A DNA stretch of 64,000 nt from Candidatus Krumholzibacteriota bacterium (lineage in GTDB: Bacteria > Krumholzibacteriota > Krumholzibacteriia > JAJRXK01). Made by a program: the position numbers and the translations under genes. Where the stretch lies: positions 32,001 through 96,000 of the forward strand of contig CAVXTH010000003.1 in the NCBI GenBank assembly GCA_963764625.1. Direction: 5' to 3'. Under the pieces are notes generated by a model that saw nothing but the letters and a program-made list of their open reading frames with translations, had not been told where the DNA came from and did not search any database. Shown here one piece after another: positions 21,538 through 31,473 of this stretch. Every line of letters begins with the position of its first letter. Position 1 is the first letter of the stretch.

Positions 21538-22821
21538 CTACGAACGCGCCAACAGCACGGCGGCCGCGGTTACGAGAAAGTTCAAGAGGCCAAGCGGAAG
21601 CATGACCTTCCAGCCCAAATTCATGAGCTGATCGTAACGGAAGCGGGGAAGCGTCCAGCGAACCCAGATGAAGAGCCACGAGAAAAAGACCGTCTTCAGG
21701 ATGAAGCTGCCGACCTGAGCCACGGTCGCAAAATTGGCCGAGCCCTGCGCGTTGAGTGCCCACGGGGAGGCCAGAACCAAGAAGCCGAGGCAGCCCATTC
21801 CCAAGAGGAAGAAGACCACTCCGAGAATCAAGGGCTCGAGTTCACGGCGATCGCCGAGCAATCCGCGCTCCTTGTCGAAGCGCCGCCAGAGCAAGGCCGC
21901 GAACAGCAAGTTGAACAGGACCCCGAGGGAGAGGGTGACGGTGAGGAGCATGGGGGCGTGCTCGCGCAAGGTGGCCGTGTCCAGCCAGGGAATCTGCCAA
22001 CCTCCGAAATAGAGACTGGCGATGAATCCAGCCGAGATGATCATGCTCGCGTACTCCGCCATGAAGAAGAGCGCGAACTTCAGGCTGCTGTACTCCAGGT
22101 TGTAGCCCGAAACCAACTCGCTCTCCCCCTCCGCCAGGTCGAAGGGTGTACGATTGGTCTCGGCGAAGACCGCGACCAGGAAGATGATGAAACCCAGCGG
22201 TTGCAGAACCACTCCCCAACGCGGCAGGAATCCCCAGAGAAGTTGCCCCTGTTCCACTACCATCGCGTCCACCCGGGTGGAGCCGTAGACCAGGAACAGC
22301 GCCAGGACGGCCAGCCCCATGTTGAGCTCGTAGGAGATCATCTGCGCGGTGGCCCGGATTCCGCCCAGGAAGGTGTACTTGTTGTTGGAGGCCCATCCCG
22401 CCAACACGATTCCGTACACCCCGAGGCTCGTGATCGCGAGCAGATACAGAATTCCCACGTCGAGATTCGCGATGCGCAACGGGATCACTCTGTCACCCAG
22501 ATACAGTGCATCCCCGAAGGGAAGAATCGCGAAGGTGCAGAGCGAGACCACCATCACCAAGAACGGGGCCAGAGTGTAGAAGAAACGGTTCACTCCGGCG
22601 GGGACGACGTCTTCCTTGAAGATCAGCTTCAACACGTCGGCCAAGGGATGGATCATACCTCCCAGACGGATCACTCCGCCCAGGCTCGCGCGGTTGGGTC
22701 CCACGCGATCCTGAATGAATGCCGCCCCCTTGCGCTCACCCCAGATCATGATTCCCAAGAGGCCCATCACGAAGACCAGCATGAACACGATCTTGCCCAG
22801 AGTCCAAGCCAGTTCAGCCAC
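21538..22821 (-). CDS. nuoH: NADH-quinone oxidoreductase subunit H
   Basis: ERK...IQDRVGPNR, AQMISYE, AETNRTPFDLAEGESELV, RWTLPRFRYDQLM; GTG at 22821 after GGAGG. Confidence 0.95.
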   Translation of the reverse strand: MAELAWTLGKIVFMLVFVMGLLGIMIWGERKGAAFIQDRVGPNRASLGGVIRLGGMIHPLADVLKLIFKEDVVPAGVNRFFYTLAPFLVMVVSLCTFAILPFGDALYLGDRVIPLRIANLDVGILYLLAITSLGVYGIVLAGWASNNKYTFLGGIRATAQMISYELNMGLAVLALFLVYGSTRVDAMVVEQGQLLWGFLPRWGVVLQPLGFIIFLVAVFAETNRTPFDLAEGESELVSGYNLEYSSLKFALFFMAEYASMIISAGFIASLYFGGWQIPWLDTATLREHAPMLLTVTLSLGVLFNLLFAALLWRRFDKERGLLGDRRELEPLILGVVFFLLGMGCLGFLVLASPWALNAQGSANFATVAQVGSFILKTVFFSWLFIWVRWTLPRFRYDQLMNLGWKVMLPLGLLNFLVTAAAVLLARS

Positions 22822-24406
22822 GCTCCACCTCCTCCACCGTTTCTCCGCGGGAGAGCGAGACCCCGTGGGCCCCAATCCCCCCCGCGATCGCCGCGAACTC
22901 GGGAAGCCGAGCCGAAAGTTCGCTCGTGAGATCGTGGTCGGCACGCCAGGTGGGCGCGTGACCTAGCATCTCGCCCATGCGCGCGATGAGCCGCCAGTTC
23001 TCCTGCGATTGCTTGGGACCGTCGACCGCTTTTTGCAGGGTCTGCGCGCGCTGGTTCCGGTTGACGAAAGTCCCGCTCTTCTCGGCGTAACTCTGGCCGG
23101 CGAGCACGAAATCTGCCCGGGCGGAGGTGGCGTTGTCCCGGCACCCGAGGTAGGCGATGAGACCGAAGCCGTCCAGGGCCTCCGCTGCCGCGGGGGCGAG
23201 GCCCGCCAGATCATTCTCCAGCACGACGAGAAGCGTCTCCTTCGAGGCGAGCGCATGAAGATCTTGCGCCTGAAAACTCGAGTACCCGAGAAGGCGCGCG
23301 CCCGCGTCGTTGGGCGTACGATCGGCCGAGAGAAGGAACTCGTCCGCCTCGTCCATCTCGGCGCCCAGGAGGCGATGCCCGAGCACCGTTCCTCCCACTG
23401 CGTCCTGAAGCAGACTCTTGAGGGCGTAGAGTTCTTCGAGCGTCGCGTGCGGACTTCCCACCAAAACGATTCGTTTCGAGTCGCCGAGCTCTTCGACACG
23501 CCGCTGGAATTCGTTCCACAGGTGGTCCCAACCCACCGGCACCTGCTCACCTTCGGTCTTGACCCGGGGCTCTTGCAGACGATCGTCCCCCTGGACGAGT
23601 CGGTAATGCAGACGTCCCGGATCGCACATCCAGTAGTCGTTCACCTCGAGATTTTCGCGTGGCTGCTGCCGGAAGATCCTGCCTTCGCTATGCCCGATGA
23701 TCATGTTGCACCCGGTGGCGCAGCCGGGACAGATGCTCTGTGTGGTCTTGAGCCGATAGACTCGCTTCTCGAAGCGGAAATCCCGGCTCGTGAGCGCCCC
23801 CACCGGACACAGATCGACCACGTTCAGGCTGTAGTCGTTGTCCAGAGTCAGCCCCGGCGCGACCCCGATTTCGCTGTGGTTGCCGCGGTTGAAGATCCCG
23901 AGTTCGTTCGTCTTGCTGAGGTGCTCGGTGAATCTGGTGCAGCGCGCGCACAACACGCATCGTTCCGCGTCGAGCATCACGTACGGCCCGATGGACTGCA
24001 CCTTTCGCTTGGCGAGCTTGTCTCCCACCTCGATGTCGGCCTCGTAGAGCCCGTATTTCATGTACTGGTCCTGCAGAGCGCACTCGCCCACCTGATCGCA
24101 AATGGGGCAATCGACCGGGTGGTGCAGAAGATGGAATCCCAGGATCTGGCGAACCGTGCTCGCGAGACGCTCGGTGCGAGTGTGCACCACCATTCCCTCA
24201 CGAACCGTCGAGTTGCAGGCGATCTGCAGCTTGGGAACGCCTTCGATCTCGACCTGACACATGCGACAGACTCCGGCGATGGGCAAACCGGGGTGATAGC
24301 AGAAGTGAGGCAGCTTCTCTCCGCCCCGGGCGATCGTGCAGGCTTCGAAGAGGTTCATGCCCGCTTCGAAATCCCATTCCTTGCCGTCGATGGTGATCTT
24401 CGCCAC
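22814..24406 (-). CDS. nuoG: NADH-quinone oxidoreductase subunit G (short form, 530 aa)
   Basis: FCYHPGL..AGVCRMC, HPVDCPICDQVGEC, RCVLCARC, CPVGAL, CPGCATGC...CDPG. Confidence 0.92.
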   Translation of the reverse strand: MAKITIDGKEWDFEAGMNLFEACTIARGGEKLPHFCYHPGLPIAGVCRMCQVEIEGVPKLQIACNSTVREGMVVHTRTERLASTVRQILGFHLLHHPVDCPICDQVGECALQDQYMKYGLYEADIEVGDKLAKRKVQSIGPYVMLDAERCVLCARCTRFTEHLSKTNELGIFNRGNHSEIGVAPGLTLDNDYSLNVVDLCPVGALTSRDFRFEKRVYRLKTTQSICPGCATGCNMIIGHSEGRIFRQQPRENLEVNDYWMCDPGRLHYRLVQGDDRLQEPRVKTEGEQVPVGWDHLWNEFQRRVEELGDSKRIVLVGSPHATLEELYALKSLLQDAVGGTVLGHRLLGAEMDEADEFLLSADRTPNDAGARLLGYSSFQAQDLHALASKETLLVVLENDLAGLAPAAAEALDGFGLIAYLGCRDNATSARADFVLAGQSYAEKSGTFVNRNQRAQTLQKAVDGPKQSQENWRLIARMGEMLGHAPTWRADHDLTSELSARLPEFAAIAGGIGAHGVSLSRGETVEEVERG

Positions 24407-24415
24407 GTGCGTCTC

Positions 24416-25732
24416 CTAAACTGGGTCCTCGGCGGCCCGAGCGGTGGGCACGAAATCCTCGAGTTCCTCACCCTTGGGCAGAAGCGCCTCGAATTCCTCG
24501 CGGAACTTGCTGATGAAACTGCGCGTGGGCATGACCGCGGCATCGGCCAACACGCAGATCGTGGTGCCCATCATGTTCCCGCAGAGTCTCTCGATGATTT
24601 CGAGATCCCCGGGCCGGCCCTCCCCGTCGAGCATGCGCTGCAGAATCATGTCCAACCAGCCGGTTCCCTCCCGGCAGGGGGTGCATTGTCCGCAACTCTC
24701 GTGGTGATAGAACTGGAGGAGCACCTTCAGGATCTCGGGCATCTTGGCGTCGTCTCCGATCACGATGCACCCGCCCGAACCGAGCATGGTGCCCAGCTCC
24801 GCCAGCGACTCGTAATCGAGCATGGCCGCCATGGTCTCCTCGGCGTTGAGAATCGGCACCGAGGAGCCTCCGGGAATCGAAGCCTTCAGTTCGATTCCGG
24901 GCAACATTCCCTGACCGTATTCTTGACCGAAGATGAGTTCGCGCAGGGGCAGGCCCAACGGAACTTCGTAGACTCCCGGACGCTTCACCGGTCCGCTCAA
25001 ACTGAAGAGCTTCGTACCAGGGCTCTTGTCGGTGCCAATCGCCCGGTACGCATCCGCGCCGTGGCGAATGATCCACGGCACCGACGCGATGGTCTCCACG
25101 TTGTTGACGACGGTGGGAGAATCGAGAAAGCCGACCAGGGCGGGGAATGGCGGTTTGATGCGCGGCTGGCCCTTCTTGCCCTCGAGACTGTTGATGAGTC
25201 CAGTTTCCTCGCCGCAGATGTACGCGCCGGCGCCCTTGTGCACGATGACTTCGAGTTCATAAGCGGTGCCGAGAATGTTCTTGCCCAGAAGATTCGCCTC
25301 GTAGGCCTCATCCACCGCCTGCTGCACCCGGTCGACGAGCCAACCGTACTCCCCACGGATGTAGATGAACGCGTCGTTGCAGCTCACCGCGTAGCTGGAG
25401 AGGATGATCCCCTCGATCATCTTGTGGGGATCGTAGTCGAGGATGTCGCGGTCCTTGAAAGTTCCCGGTTCGGATTCGTCGGCGTTGACCAGAAGGTAGA
25501 CCGGCTTGGCGGAATTCTGCGGTACGAACCCCCACTTCACGCCGGTGGGAAATCCCGCGCCCCCACGTCCGCGCAGACCGCTCTCCTTCACCACTTTCAT
25601 CACGTCCTGGGGTTGCATCGTCTTGAGGGCCTTCTCGACCATCTCGTAGCCGCCGCGGGAACGATACACCTGCAGGGTATGACTGCCCTCGACACCCATG
25701 TTGTCGAGCAGGATCTTCGGAAAGTCACTCAC
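24416..25732 (-). CDS. nuoF: NADH-quinone oxidoreductase subunit F
   Basis: GLRGRGGAGFPTG, NADESEPGTFKD, GAGAYICGEET, ESCGQCTPCREG. Confidence 0.97.
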   Translation of the reverse strand: MSDFPKILLDNMGVEGSHTLQVYRSRGGYEMVEKALKTMQPQDVMKVVKESGLRGRGGAGFPTGVKWGFVPQNSAKPVYLLVNADESEPGTFKDRDILDYDPHKMIEGIILSSYAVSCNDAFIYIRGEYGWLVDRVQQAVDEAYEANLLGKNILGTAYELEVIVHKGAGAYICGEETGLINSLEGKKGQPRIKPPFPALVGFLDSPTVVNNVETIASVPWIIRHGADAYRAIGTDKSPGTKLFSLSGPVKRPGVYEVPLGLPLRELIFGQEYGQGMLPGIELKASIPGGSSVPILNAEETMAAMLDYESLAELGTMLGSGGCIVIGDDAKMPEILKVLLQFYHHESCGQCTPCREGTGWLDMILQRMLDGEGRPGDLEIIERLCGNMMGTTICVLADAAVMPTRSFISKFREEFEALLPKGEELEDFVPTARAAEDPV

Positions 25733-26294
25733 TCTTATCCCACTCCTCGATGAGTGCGTCCACTTTCTCCACCGTCAGGTTCTCGTAGTAACGGTCGCCG
25801 ACCTGCATCATGGGTCCGTACCCGCAAGCGCCGAGACACTCGGCCTCCTCCAGACGCCATTTTCCGTCGCTCGAAGTCTGGCCCACTTCGAGTGAGAGGT
25901 GGTCCTTGATGTGGTCGATGATCTTTCTCGCCCCCATGAGATGGCAGCTGATGTTGCGGCAGACCTGCAGGTTGTAACGTCCCGGATCCTCGGTGTAATA
26001 CATGGTGTAGAAGGTGATGAGTTCGTATACGCGGGTCACCGGCACTTCCAGGCGCAGGGCGACCCACTCCGGCACGCCCGGCCGCAGCCAACCCCATTCG
26101 GCCTGGCACAGCCAGAGCGTGGGCATGATGGCGCTGGTGCGCGTGGGATAGCGGCGCACGATCTCCTGGAACTTCTCTTCGCGCTCCGTACTGAAGGCAA
26201 AGCCGTCCGGGGCCGTCGGGCCGGCAGCGTTCTCGGTGGCGGCGCTGGTTTCCGCCGCTTCGACGCCCTCGTTCGTTTCCTGGTTCTCGCTCAT
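25725..26294 (-). CDS. nuoE: NADH-quinone oxidoreductase subunit E
   Basis: VCRNISC...ECLGAC 2Fe-2S motif. Confidence 0.95.
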   Translation of the reverse strand: MSENQETNEGVEAAETSAATENAAGPTAPDGFAFSTEREEKFQEIVRRYPTRTSAIMPTLWLCQAEWGWLRPGVPEWVALRLEVPVTRVYELITFYTMYYTEDPGRYNLQVCRNISCHLMGARKIIDHIKDHLSLEVGQTSSDGKWRLEEAECLGACGYGPMMQVGDRYYENLTVEKVDALIEEWDKSE

Positions 26295-28042
26295 CGATCC
26301 AACTCTCCAGCGACGATATTCAGTCCACCCAGAATGGCGACGGCATCGGGCACCATCAAGCCCTTGGTGAGCGTGGGAAAGGACGAAAATATGGGGAAGC
26401 AGGGCGGGCGAACCTTCACCCGGTAGGGATGCCCCGAACCGTCACTCACGCAGTAGAATCCCAACTCACCGTTGGCGGCCTCGGTGAAGCCATAGGCCTC
26501 ACCCTTGGGGATGAGGATGCCCTCGAAGATCAGTTTGAAGTGGTTCATCATCCCCTCGATGGAGTTGTAGACCTCGTCCTTGGGGGGCAACACGCAGCGC
26601 CGATCCTCGGCCTGGATGGGACCGCCGGGCAGATTCTCCACCGCCTGCTGGATGATGGAAATCGATTGATAGATCTCCTCGATTCTCACCATGATGCGAT
26701 CGTAGGCGTCGCCGTTCTCTCCCACCGGGATGTCGAACTCGTAGTTCTCGAAGCCCGAATAGGGGAAGGCCTTTCGCACGTCGTACGGTACGCCGCTGGC
26801 GCGTAGACACGGACCGGTGTAACCCCAGCTCACCGCGTCCTTCGCGTTTATCACGCCCACGCCGACCGTCCGATCCATCAGAATTCGATTGCGCTGCACC
26901 AACCCCATCATGTCGTTGACGCCCGCTTCCACCTTGGGCAAAGCGGCTAAGAGGTCGCGTTCGAATCCCTCGTAGAGATCGCGGTAGAGCCCGCCGATCC
27001 GCGTGTAGCTGGTGGTGAGACGTTCGCCACACAGACGCTCTACGATGTCGTACAGATATTCACGTGCGTTCCAGGTGTACCAGTAGTTGGTGAGAGCGCC
27101 GATATCGACCAGGTTGGTGCCAGTGCACACCAGGTGGTCCATGATGCGCCCCATCTCGCTCACGATGACGCGGATCGCCTGCGCACGCGGAGGAATCTCC
27201 ACCCCCAACAGCTTCTCCACCGCGAGCACGTAGCCCACGTTGTTGGTCAAGGCGCTCACGTAGTTCAGGCGGTCGGTGTAGGGAATCACCTGGTGCCAGG
27301 TGTGATCCTCGGCCTCCTTTTCGAAGCAGCGGTGAAGATACCCGATCTCCGCCTTGCTGCTCACGATGGTTTCCCCGTCGAGAAGCGCTTCGATCCGGAG
27401 TGCGCCGTGCGTCGCCGGGTGGCTCGGACCGATGTTCACCGGGAGATAGTCGGAGTGCATCTCATCGCTGAGCTGGACCCCCATCGTGCCTTCCCAACCG
27501 CCCTCATTGCTCCAGTGTCCCTCGTGGGCGGATTCGCGACCGGGAAGCACTTCCTCGTCGGTGAGGAGCTTCTCGACCGTGTAGCACATCTGACCCTTTT
27601 CGATTGGGTAGTCCTTGCGCAGCGCGTTGCCCTTGAACTCGTGGTGGCAGAGCAGACGCCGCAGGTCGGGATGACCGGAGAACTTCACCCCAAAGAGATC
27701 GAAGACTTCCCGCTCGTGCCAGTTCGCCGAGTTGAAGAGTCCGCTGGCCGAGGGAACCGCTTCGTTCTCGTCGACCCGCGTCCTCAGGCGGATGCGATGG
27801 CCGTGCTGCAGGCTGCGCAGATTGTAGATCACTTCGAAGCGCTTCTCGCGCTCCGGGAAATCCACCCCGATGACGTCCAGGAGCAGATCGCAATCGCACT
27901 GCGGATCGTCGCGCAGAAAGCGCAGGACGGCGGGAAGATCGGCCGGCGCTACGTCGATGCTGCTGTCTTTTAGAGTGTCGCTGGACGAGAGGATCTTCTC
28001 GCCGAATTCCCCCTGGACCAGCTCAGACAGTCTTCTGGACAC
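26291..28042 (-). CDS. nuoCD: NADH-quinone oxidoreductase fused subunit C/D
   Basis: WHEREVFDLFG..F.GHPDLRR (NuoC) fused to NIGPSHPATHG, GYLHR, DRLNY, GELDR (NuoD); GTG 28042. Confidence 0.94.
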   Translation of the reverse strand: MSRRLSELVQGEFGEKILSSSDTLKDSSIDVAPADLPAVLRFLRDDPQCDCDLLLDVIGVDFPEREKRFEVIYNLRSLQHGHRIRLRTRVDENEAVPSASGLFNSANWHEREVFDLFGVKFSGHPDLRRLLCHHEFKGNALRKDYPIEKGQMCYTVEKLLTDEEVLPGRESAHEGHWSNEGGWEGTMGVQLSDEMHSDYLPVNIGPSHPATHGALRIEALLDGETIVSSKAEIGYLHRCFEKEAEDHTWHQVIPYTDRLNYVSALTNNVGYVLAVEKLLGVEIPPRAQAIRVIVSEMGRIMDHLVCTGTNLVDIGALTNYWYTWNAREYLYDIVERLCGERLTTSYTRIGGLYRDLYEGFERDLLAALPKVEAGVNDMMGLVQRNRILMDRTVGVGVINAKDAVSWGYTGPCLRASGVPYDVRKAFPYSGFENYEFDIPVGENGDAYDRIMVRIEEIYQSISIIQQAVENLPGGPIQAEDRRCVLPPKDEVYNSIEGMMNHFKLIFEGILIPKGEAYGFTEAANGELGFYCVSDGSGHPYRVKVRPPCFPIFSSFPTLTKGLMVPDAVAILGGLNIVAGELDR

Positions 28043-28529
28043 GATGACGCTCCTTGGCGGCTTCCACTCCCTCACGCTCGATCTTCTTCTGAAGTTGGAC
28101 CAGCGCGCTGAGCAAATTCTCGGGCGTGGGCGGACAGCCCGCGACGTAGAGATCGACCGGAATGATCCGATCGATTCCCTGCAGAGTGCCGTAGTTGTTG
28201 TAGAAACCACCCGAGCTGGCGCAGACCCCCATGGCGATGACCCACTTGGGTTCGGCCATCTGCTCGTAGATGCGCTTGAGGATCGGCGCTTGCTTGTAGG
28301 AAATCGTTCCCGCCACCAGGAGCAAATCGCTCTGCCGCGGACTGAAGCGCACTGCCTCGGCCCCGAAGCGAGAAATGTCCGACATCGACCCCACGACGCC
28401 CATGAATTCGATGGCGCAGCAGGCCGTGCCGAACGGCATGGGCCACAGACTGTACTTTCTGCCCCAATTCAGCGCGTGTCGAAGACTAGTGGTGATGTAG
28501 TTGGAAGGATGATCGAGACTCACTCCCAT
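28023..28529 (-). CDS. nuoB: NADH-quinone oxidoreductase subunit B
   Basis: FGTACCAIE, SPRQSD, MGVCASSGG, VAGCPPTPE. Confidence 0.96.
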   Translation of the reverse strand: MGVSLDHPSNYITTSLRHALNWGRKYSLWPMPFGTACCAIEFMGVVGSMSDISRFGAEAVRFSPRQSDLLLVAGTISYKQAPILKRIYEQMAEPKWVIAMGVCASSGGFYNNYGTLQGIDRIIPVDLYVAGCPPTPENLLSALVQLQKKIEREGVEAAKERHRVQKTV

Positions 28530-28888
28530 TCCAACGCCCCCTTCTTCCATTCATAGAGGAGTCCAACCACTAGGAGCAGGAAAAACGCGATCATGGCAAG
28601 GAAGAGTTGCATGCCGGCGCCCATCTCGACGAAAGAGCGAAAGTTGACGGCCCAGGGCACCAGAAATACCGTCTCGAGATCGAAAAGAAGGAAAAGAAGG
28701 GCAACCACGTAGAAGCGAACGAAGAACCTGACCTGGGTGTTTCCGCGGCTGGGAACCCCGCACTCGTAGGTGGTCAGCTTTCCCGGGGTTTCGTTGCGGG
28801 GACCCAGGACACGCGAAAGAACGACGAAGAACAGGCTGAAAGCGGTCGCGATCCCCACTACCAGGAGAATGGGAAAATAGTCGTTCAT
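28520..28888 (-). CDS. nuoA: NADH-quinone oxidoreductase subunit A
   Basis: YECG, FYVVALLFLLFDLETVFL.PWA, YEWKKGALEW. Confidence 0.96.
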   Translation of the reverse strand: MNDYFPILLVVGIATAFSLFFVVLSRVLGPRNETPGKLTTYECGVPSRGNTQVRFFVRFYVVALLFLLFDLETVFLVPWAVNFRSFVEMGAGMQLFLAMIAFFLLLVVGLLYEWKKGALEWE

Positions 28889-28971
28889 CGTGGACGCACT
28901 CCGTCAATCGTGGGGACGGGAAGCCGGGATTCAGGGGTCGCCCCACCCCGTGCCCGACGAAACTCATCCGG

Positions 28972-29004
28972 TGCAGAGCCAATGCACAGCCAATGCACAG
29001 GATA
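28972..29004. repeat. Three imperfect 11-bp tandem direct repeats in the nuo leader
   Basis: TGCAGAGCCAA TGCACAGCCAA TGCACAGGATA. Confidence 0.7.
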
Positions 29005-29021
29005 GCTGCTTGCGGGGCGCA

Positions 29022-29050
29022 AACCTATACATCATACAGAAGGAAGTCAA
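29022..29050 (-). promoter_or_regulatory. Putative sigma70 promoter of the nuo operon
   Basis: TTGACT-17 nt-TAGGTT on the minus strand, in the only AT-rich patch of the nuoA/pabB intergenic region. Confidence 0.6.
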
Positions 29051-29084
29051 CTCAAGCCCACGGCCCTCCCCCGGTCCCCCGCGC

Positions 29085-30548
29085 ATGCATTCTACCTCCT
29101 TGAGCATCCCCCTCACCCTCGATCCCCTGCAGGCGGCCCGGGGACTGGCCGCGTGTCCCGGGACGCTTCTCTTGCACACCCAGCGTCCCTGGGGAAGCTA
29201 CCGGCGGTCCGCTCTGCTCTTCTCCCCGCGCTGGATCCTGCGGCAGCGCGCCGGACAGCCGCCACACTGGTCGGGAGAGGTCCCCGCTCCGAAGCCCCCG
29301 GCCCTTTCCACGGACCGGCTGGTGGGAGATCTGGCCGCTCTGTGGCCCAGAGAGCCCTTTCTTCAGGCCCCTTTCACCGGCCTGGCCGGCTGCCTGAGCT
29401 TCGAGTTGGGGAGCGCCCGCGTCAACGCCCGGCCCGGCGCCCCTCCACCCTTCCATTTCCCCGACGCCTGGATCGGCGCCTACGACCTGGCCCTGGTCTT
29501 CGGCCCCGGGGAGACTCCGCGGCTCGTCGTCTCCGACCTGTACCCCGTGGTGCCCCGGCGCACGAAGCTGACCGGGGCGGCCAAAACCCAGCCGCTGCGC
29601 GCCCGCGCCGAGGAGGCCCTCGAGCGCTTGCACGCGGCCACCGCGATCGGCGCCCAAGCGTCGAAAGGATCGATCCCTCCCACTCCACCCTCGGCGGGCC
29701 GCACCGCTTCGCTGGAGTTCTTCGACGCGCGGTGGCACGAGGGCGCGGTCGACCGGGTAAAGCGGTATCTGCGCGCGGGGGAGGTCTACCAGGTCAACCT
29801 GACGGGAATGGCGACCGCCCGCGCGAGCGTTTCTCCCTTCGAGGCTTTCCTCGATCAGGCGAAGCGCAACCCGGTGCCGTTCGCGGCCTACCTGAATGCG
29901 GGGGAAGCCGTGATCTGTTCGCATTCCCCCGAACTCTTGCTTTCGCTCGACGGCGAGCGCGCCGAAACCGCGCCGATCAAGGGGACGAGAGTGGAGTCGC
30001 TGGGCGACCTCGAAGCTCTCCATCGCAGCGACAAGGACCGCGCCGAGCACGTGATGATCGTCGACCTGTGCCGCAACGATCTGGGGATCACGGCGAAGTA
30101 TGGTACGGTCAGGGTCGAGGAGTTCATGCAACCCCTTCGCCTGCACCATCTCGTGCACCTGGTGAGCCGCATCACGGCCACCATTCCCCGAGAGCGCCAA
30201 GCTCGCTTGCTCAGCGATCTCTTTCCGGGAGGAAGCGTGACGGGCGCTCCCAAACGACGCGCGATCGAGATCATCTCGCAGCTCGAACTCAGCGCGCGTG
30301 GTCCCTACACCGGGAGTCTCGGATTCTGGGACCGGAGCGGCCGCGCCCTCTGGAACATCGCCATCCGCACCGCGGTATGGCAGGAGCAAACCGTCTCCTT
30401 TGGGTGCGGAGGGGGGATCGTGCTCGACAGCGATCCGGCCCACGAGTACCAGGAGGCCGTATTGAAGGCCCGCTCGTTCTTTGATACCTTGAATGCTCTC
30501 GGTGCGCAGGATCCTCACGCGAGGCCCGTGGCCCAACAAGGAGCATGA
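29085..30548 (+). CDS. pabB: Aminodeoxychorismate synthase component I (chorismate-binding family)
   Basis: GEVYQVNL, SPELL, PIKGT, KDRAEHVMIVDL.RNDL, FPGGSVTGAPK, NIAIRT, GGGIV; PIKGT motif and pabC neighbour. Confidence 0.8.
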   Translation: MHSTSLSIPLTLDPLQAARGLAACPGTLLLHTQRPWGSYRRSALLFSPRWILRQRAGQPPHWSGEVPAPKPPALSTDRLVGDLAALWPREPFLQAPFTGLAGCLSFELGSARVNARPGAPPPFHFPDAWIGAYDLALVFGPGETPRLVVSDLYPVVPRRTKLTGAAKTQPLRARAEEALERLHAATAIGAQASKGSIPPTPPSAGRTASLEFFDARWHEGAVDRVKRYLRAGEVYQVNLTGMATARASVSPFEAFLDQAKRNPVPFAAYLNAGEAVICSHSPELLLSLDGERAETAPIKGTRVESLGDLEALHRSDKDRAEHVMIVDLCRNDLGITAKYGTVRVEEFMQPLRLHHLVHLVSRITATIPRERQARLLSDLFPGGSVTGAPKRRAIEIISQLELSARGPYTGSLGFWDRSGRALWNIAIRTAVWQEQTVSFGCGGGIVLDSDPAHEYQEAVLKARSFFDTLNALGAQDPHARPVAQQGA

Positions 30549-31432
30549 TGAAAGTCCACCTCAATGGCGAACTCGTCGAAGCCGAGGAGGCGCGGGTCTC
30601 TCCATTCGACGCCGGCTATCTCTACGGCGACGGGCTCTTCGACACCCTGCGGAGCTATCGCGGATTCATCTATCTGCTCGCCGAGCACGTGCAACGATTG
30701 GCGCGCGAAGCGGAGCTCTTACAGATTCCCTTCGACCCGTCTCCGGGAACCTGGGACCACCTCATCGGCGAAGTTCTCGACGCGAACGACCTCAAAGGGG
30801 TGGACGCGCGGGTGCGCATCCAGGTCAGCCGCGGCGGCGGACCGCAAACCGATCACGTGCAGGTCGACCCCGAGCAGATGCAACCGTTGGTTTTCATCTT
30901 CGCCACTCGGGTCTCCGACCAGATCCAAGCCCTGCAGACCCGCGGCGCGCGCATCCTCTCGATGCAGAGCACTTTCGCTCGCGGCAATTTTCCGCAGATC
31001 AAGTCGCTCAACTATCTGCCCAGCATCATGGCCCTTCGTTTCGCGCGCGCCCGCGGCTTCGACGAGGCGTGCCTGCTCAACCGCCAAAACAAGGTCCTGG
31101 AGTGCGCCTCGTCCAACATCTTCCTGGTGAAGGGCAAAGTCCTCCGCACTCCCTCGCGGCGCCTGGGAATTCTGCCGGGAATCACCCGCGGAAGAGTGCT
31201 GCAGCTGGCGGAGGAATTGGGCCTGAAAGCCGAAGAGGCCGCCAGCGAGCTGCGCGACCTGGTGACCGCGGACGAGGTCTTCCTCACCGGTTCCGTGAAA
31301 GAGATCGTCCCCGTGGTGGGTCTGGACGAAGGTCCCATCGCCGGCGGCACGGCCGGAGAGTGGACGCGCCGCCTGCAGGACGCCTACCACCAAGACATCC
31401 AGCTGACCCGCGGCGCGCAGGCGACGGGTTGA
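30545..31432 (+). CDS. pabC: Class IV PLP enzyme, probable 4-amino-4-deoxychorismate lyase
   Basis: D.GYLYGDGLFDT, IKSLNY, E...SNIF, ILPGITR, DEVFLTGS; ATGA overlap with pabB. Confidence 0.75.
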   Translation: MMKVHLNGELVEAEEARVSPFDAGYLYGDGLFDTLRSYRGFIYLLAEHVQRLAREAELLQIPFDPSPGTWDHLIGEVLDANDLKGVDARVRIQVSRGGGPQTDHVQVDPEQMQPLVFIFATRVSDQIQALQTRGARILSMQSTFARGNFPQIKSLNYLPSIMALRFARARGFDEACLLNRQNKVLECASSNIFLVKGKVLRTPSRRLGILPGITRGRVLQLAEELGLKAEEAASELRDLVTADEVFLTGSVKEIVPVVGLDEGPIAGGTAGEWTRRLQDAYHQDIQLTRGAQATG

Positions 31433-31435
31433 GCG

Positions 31436-31465
31436 AAGCCCCGGCCACACCGTGACCGGGGCTTT
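31436..31465. terminator. Hairpin between convergent pabC and PPIase genes
   Basis: AAGCCCCGG...CCGGGGCTTT inverted repeat. Confidence 0.6.
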
Positions 31466-31473
31466 GGAGATTC

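Noticed and set aside
17431-25753. Very long plus-strand ORFs (1063, 538 and 914 aa) opposite the nuo genes
   Set aside because: Antisense shadows expected from high-GC codon bias; no recognisable motifs.
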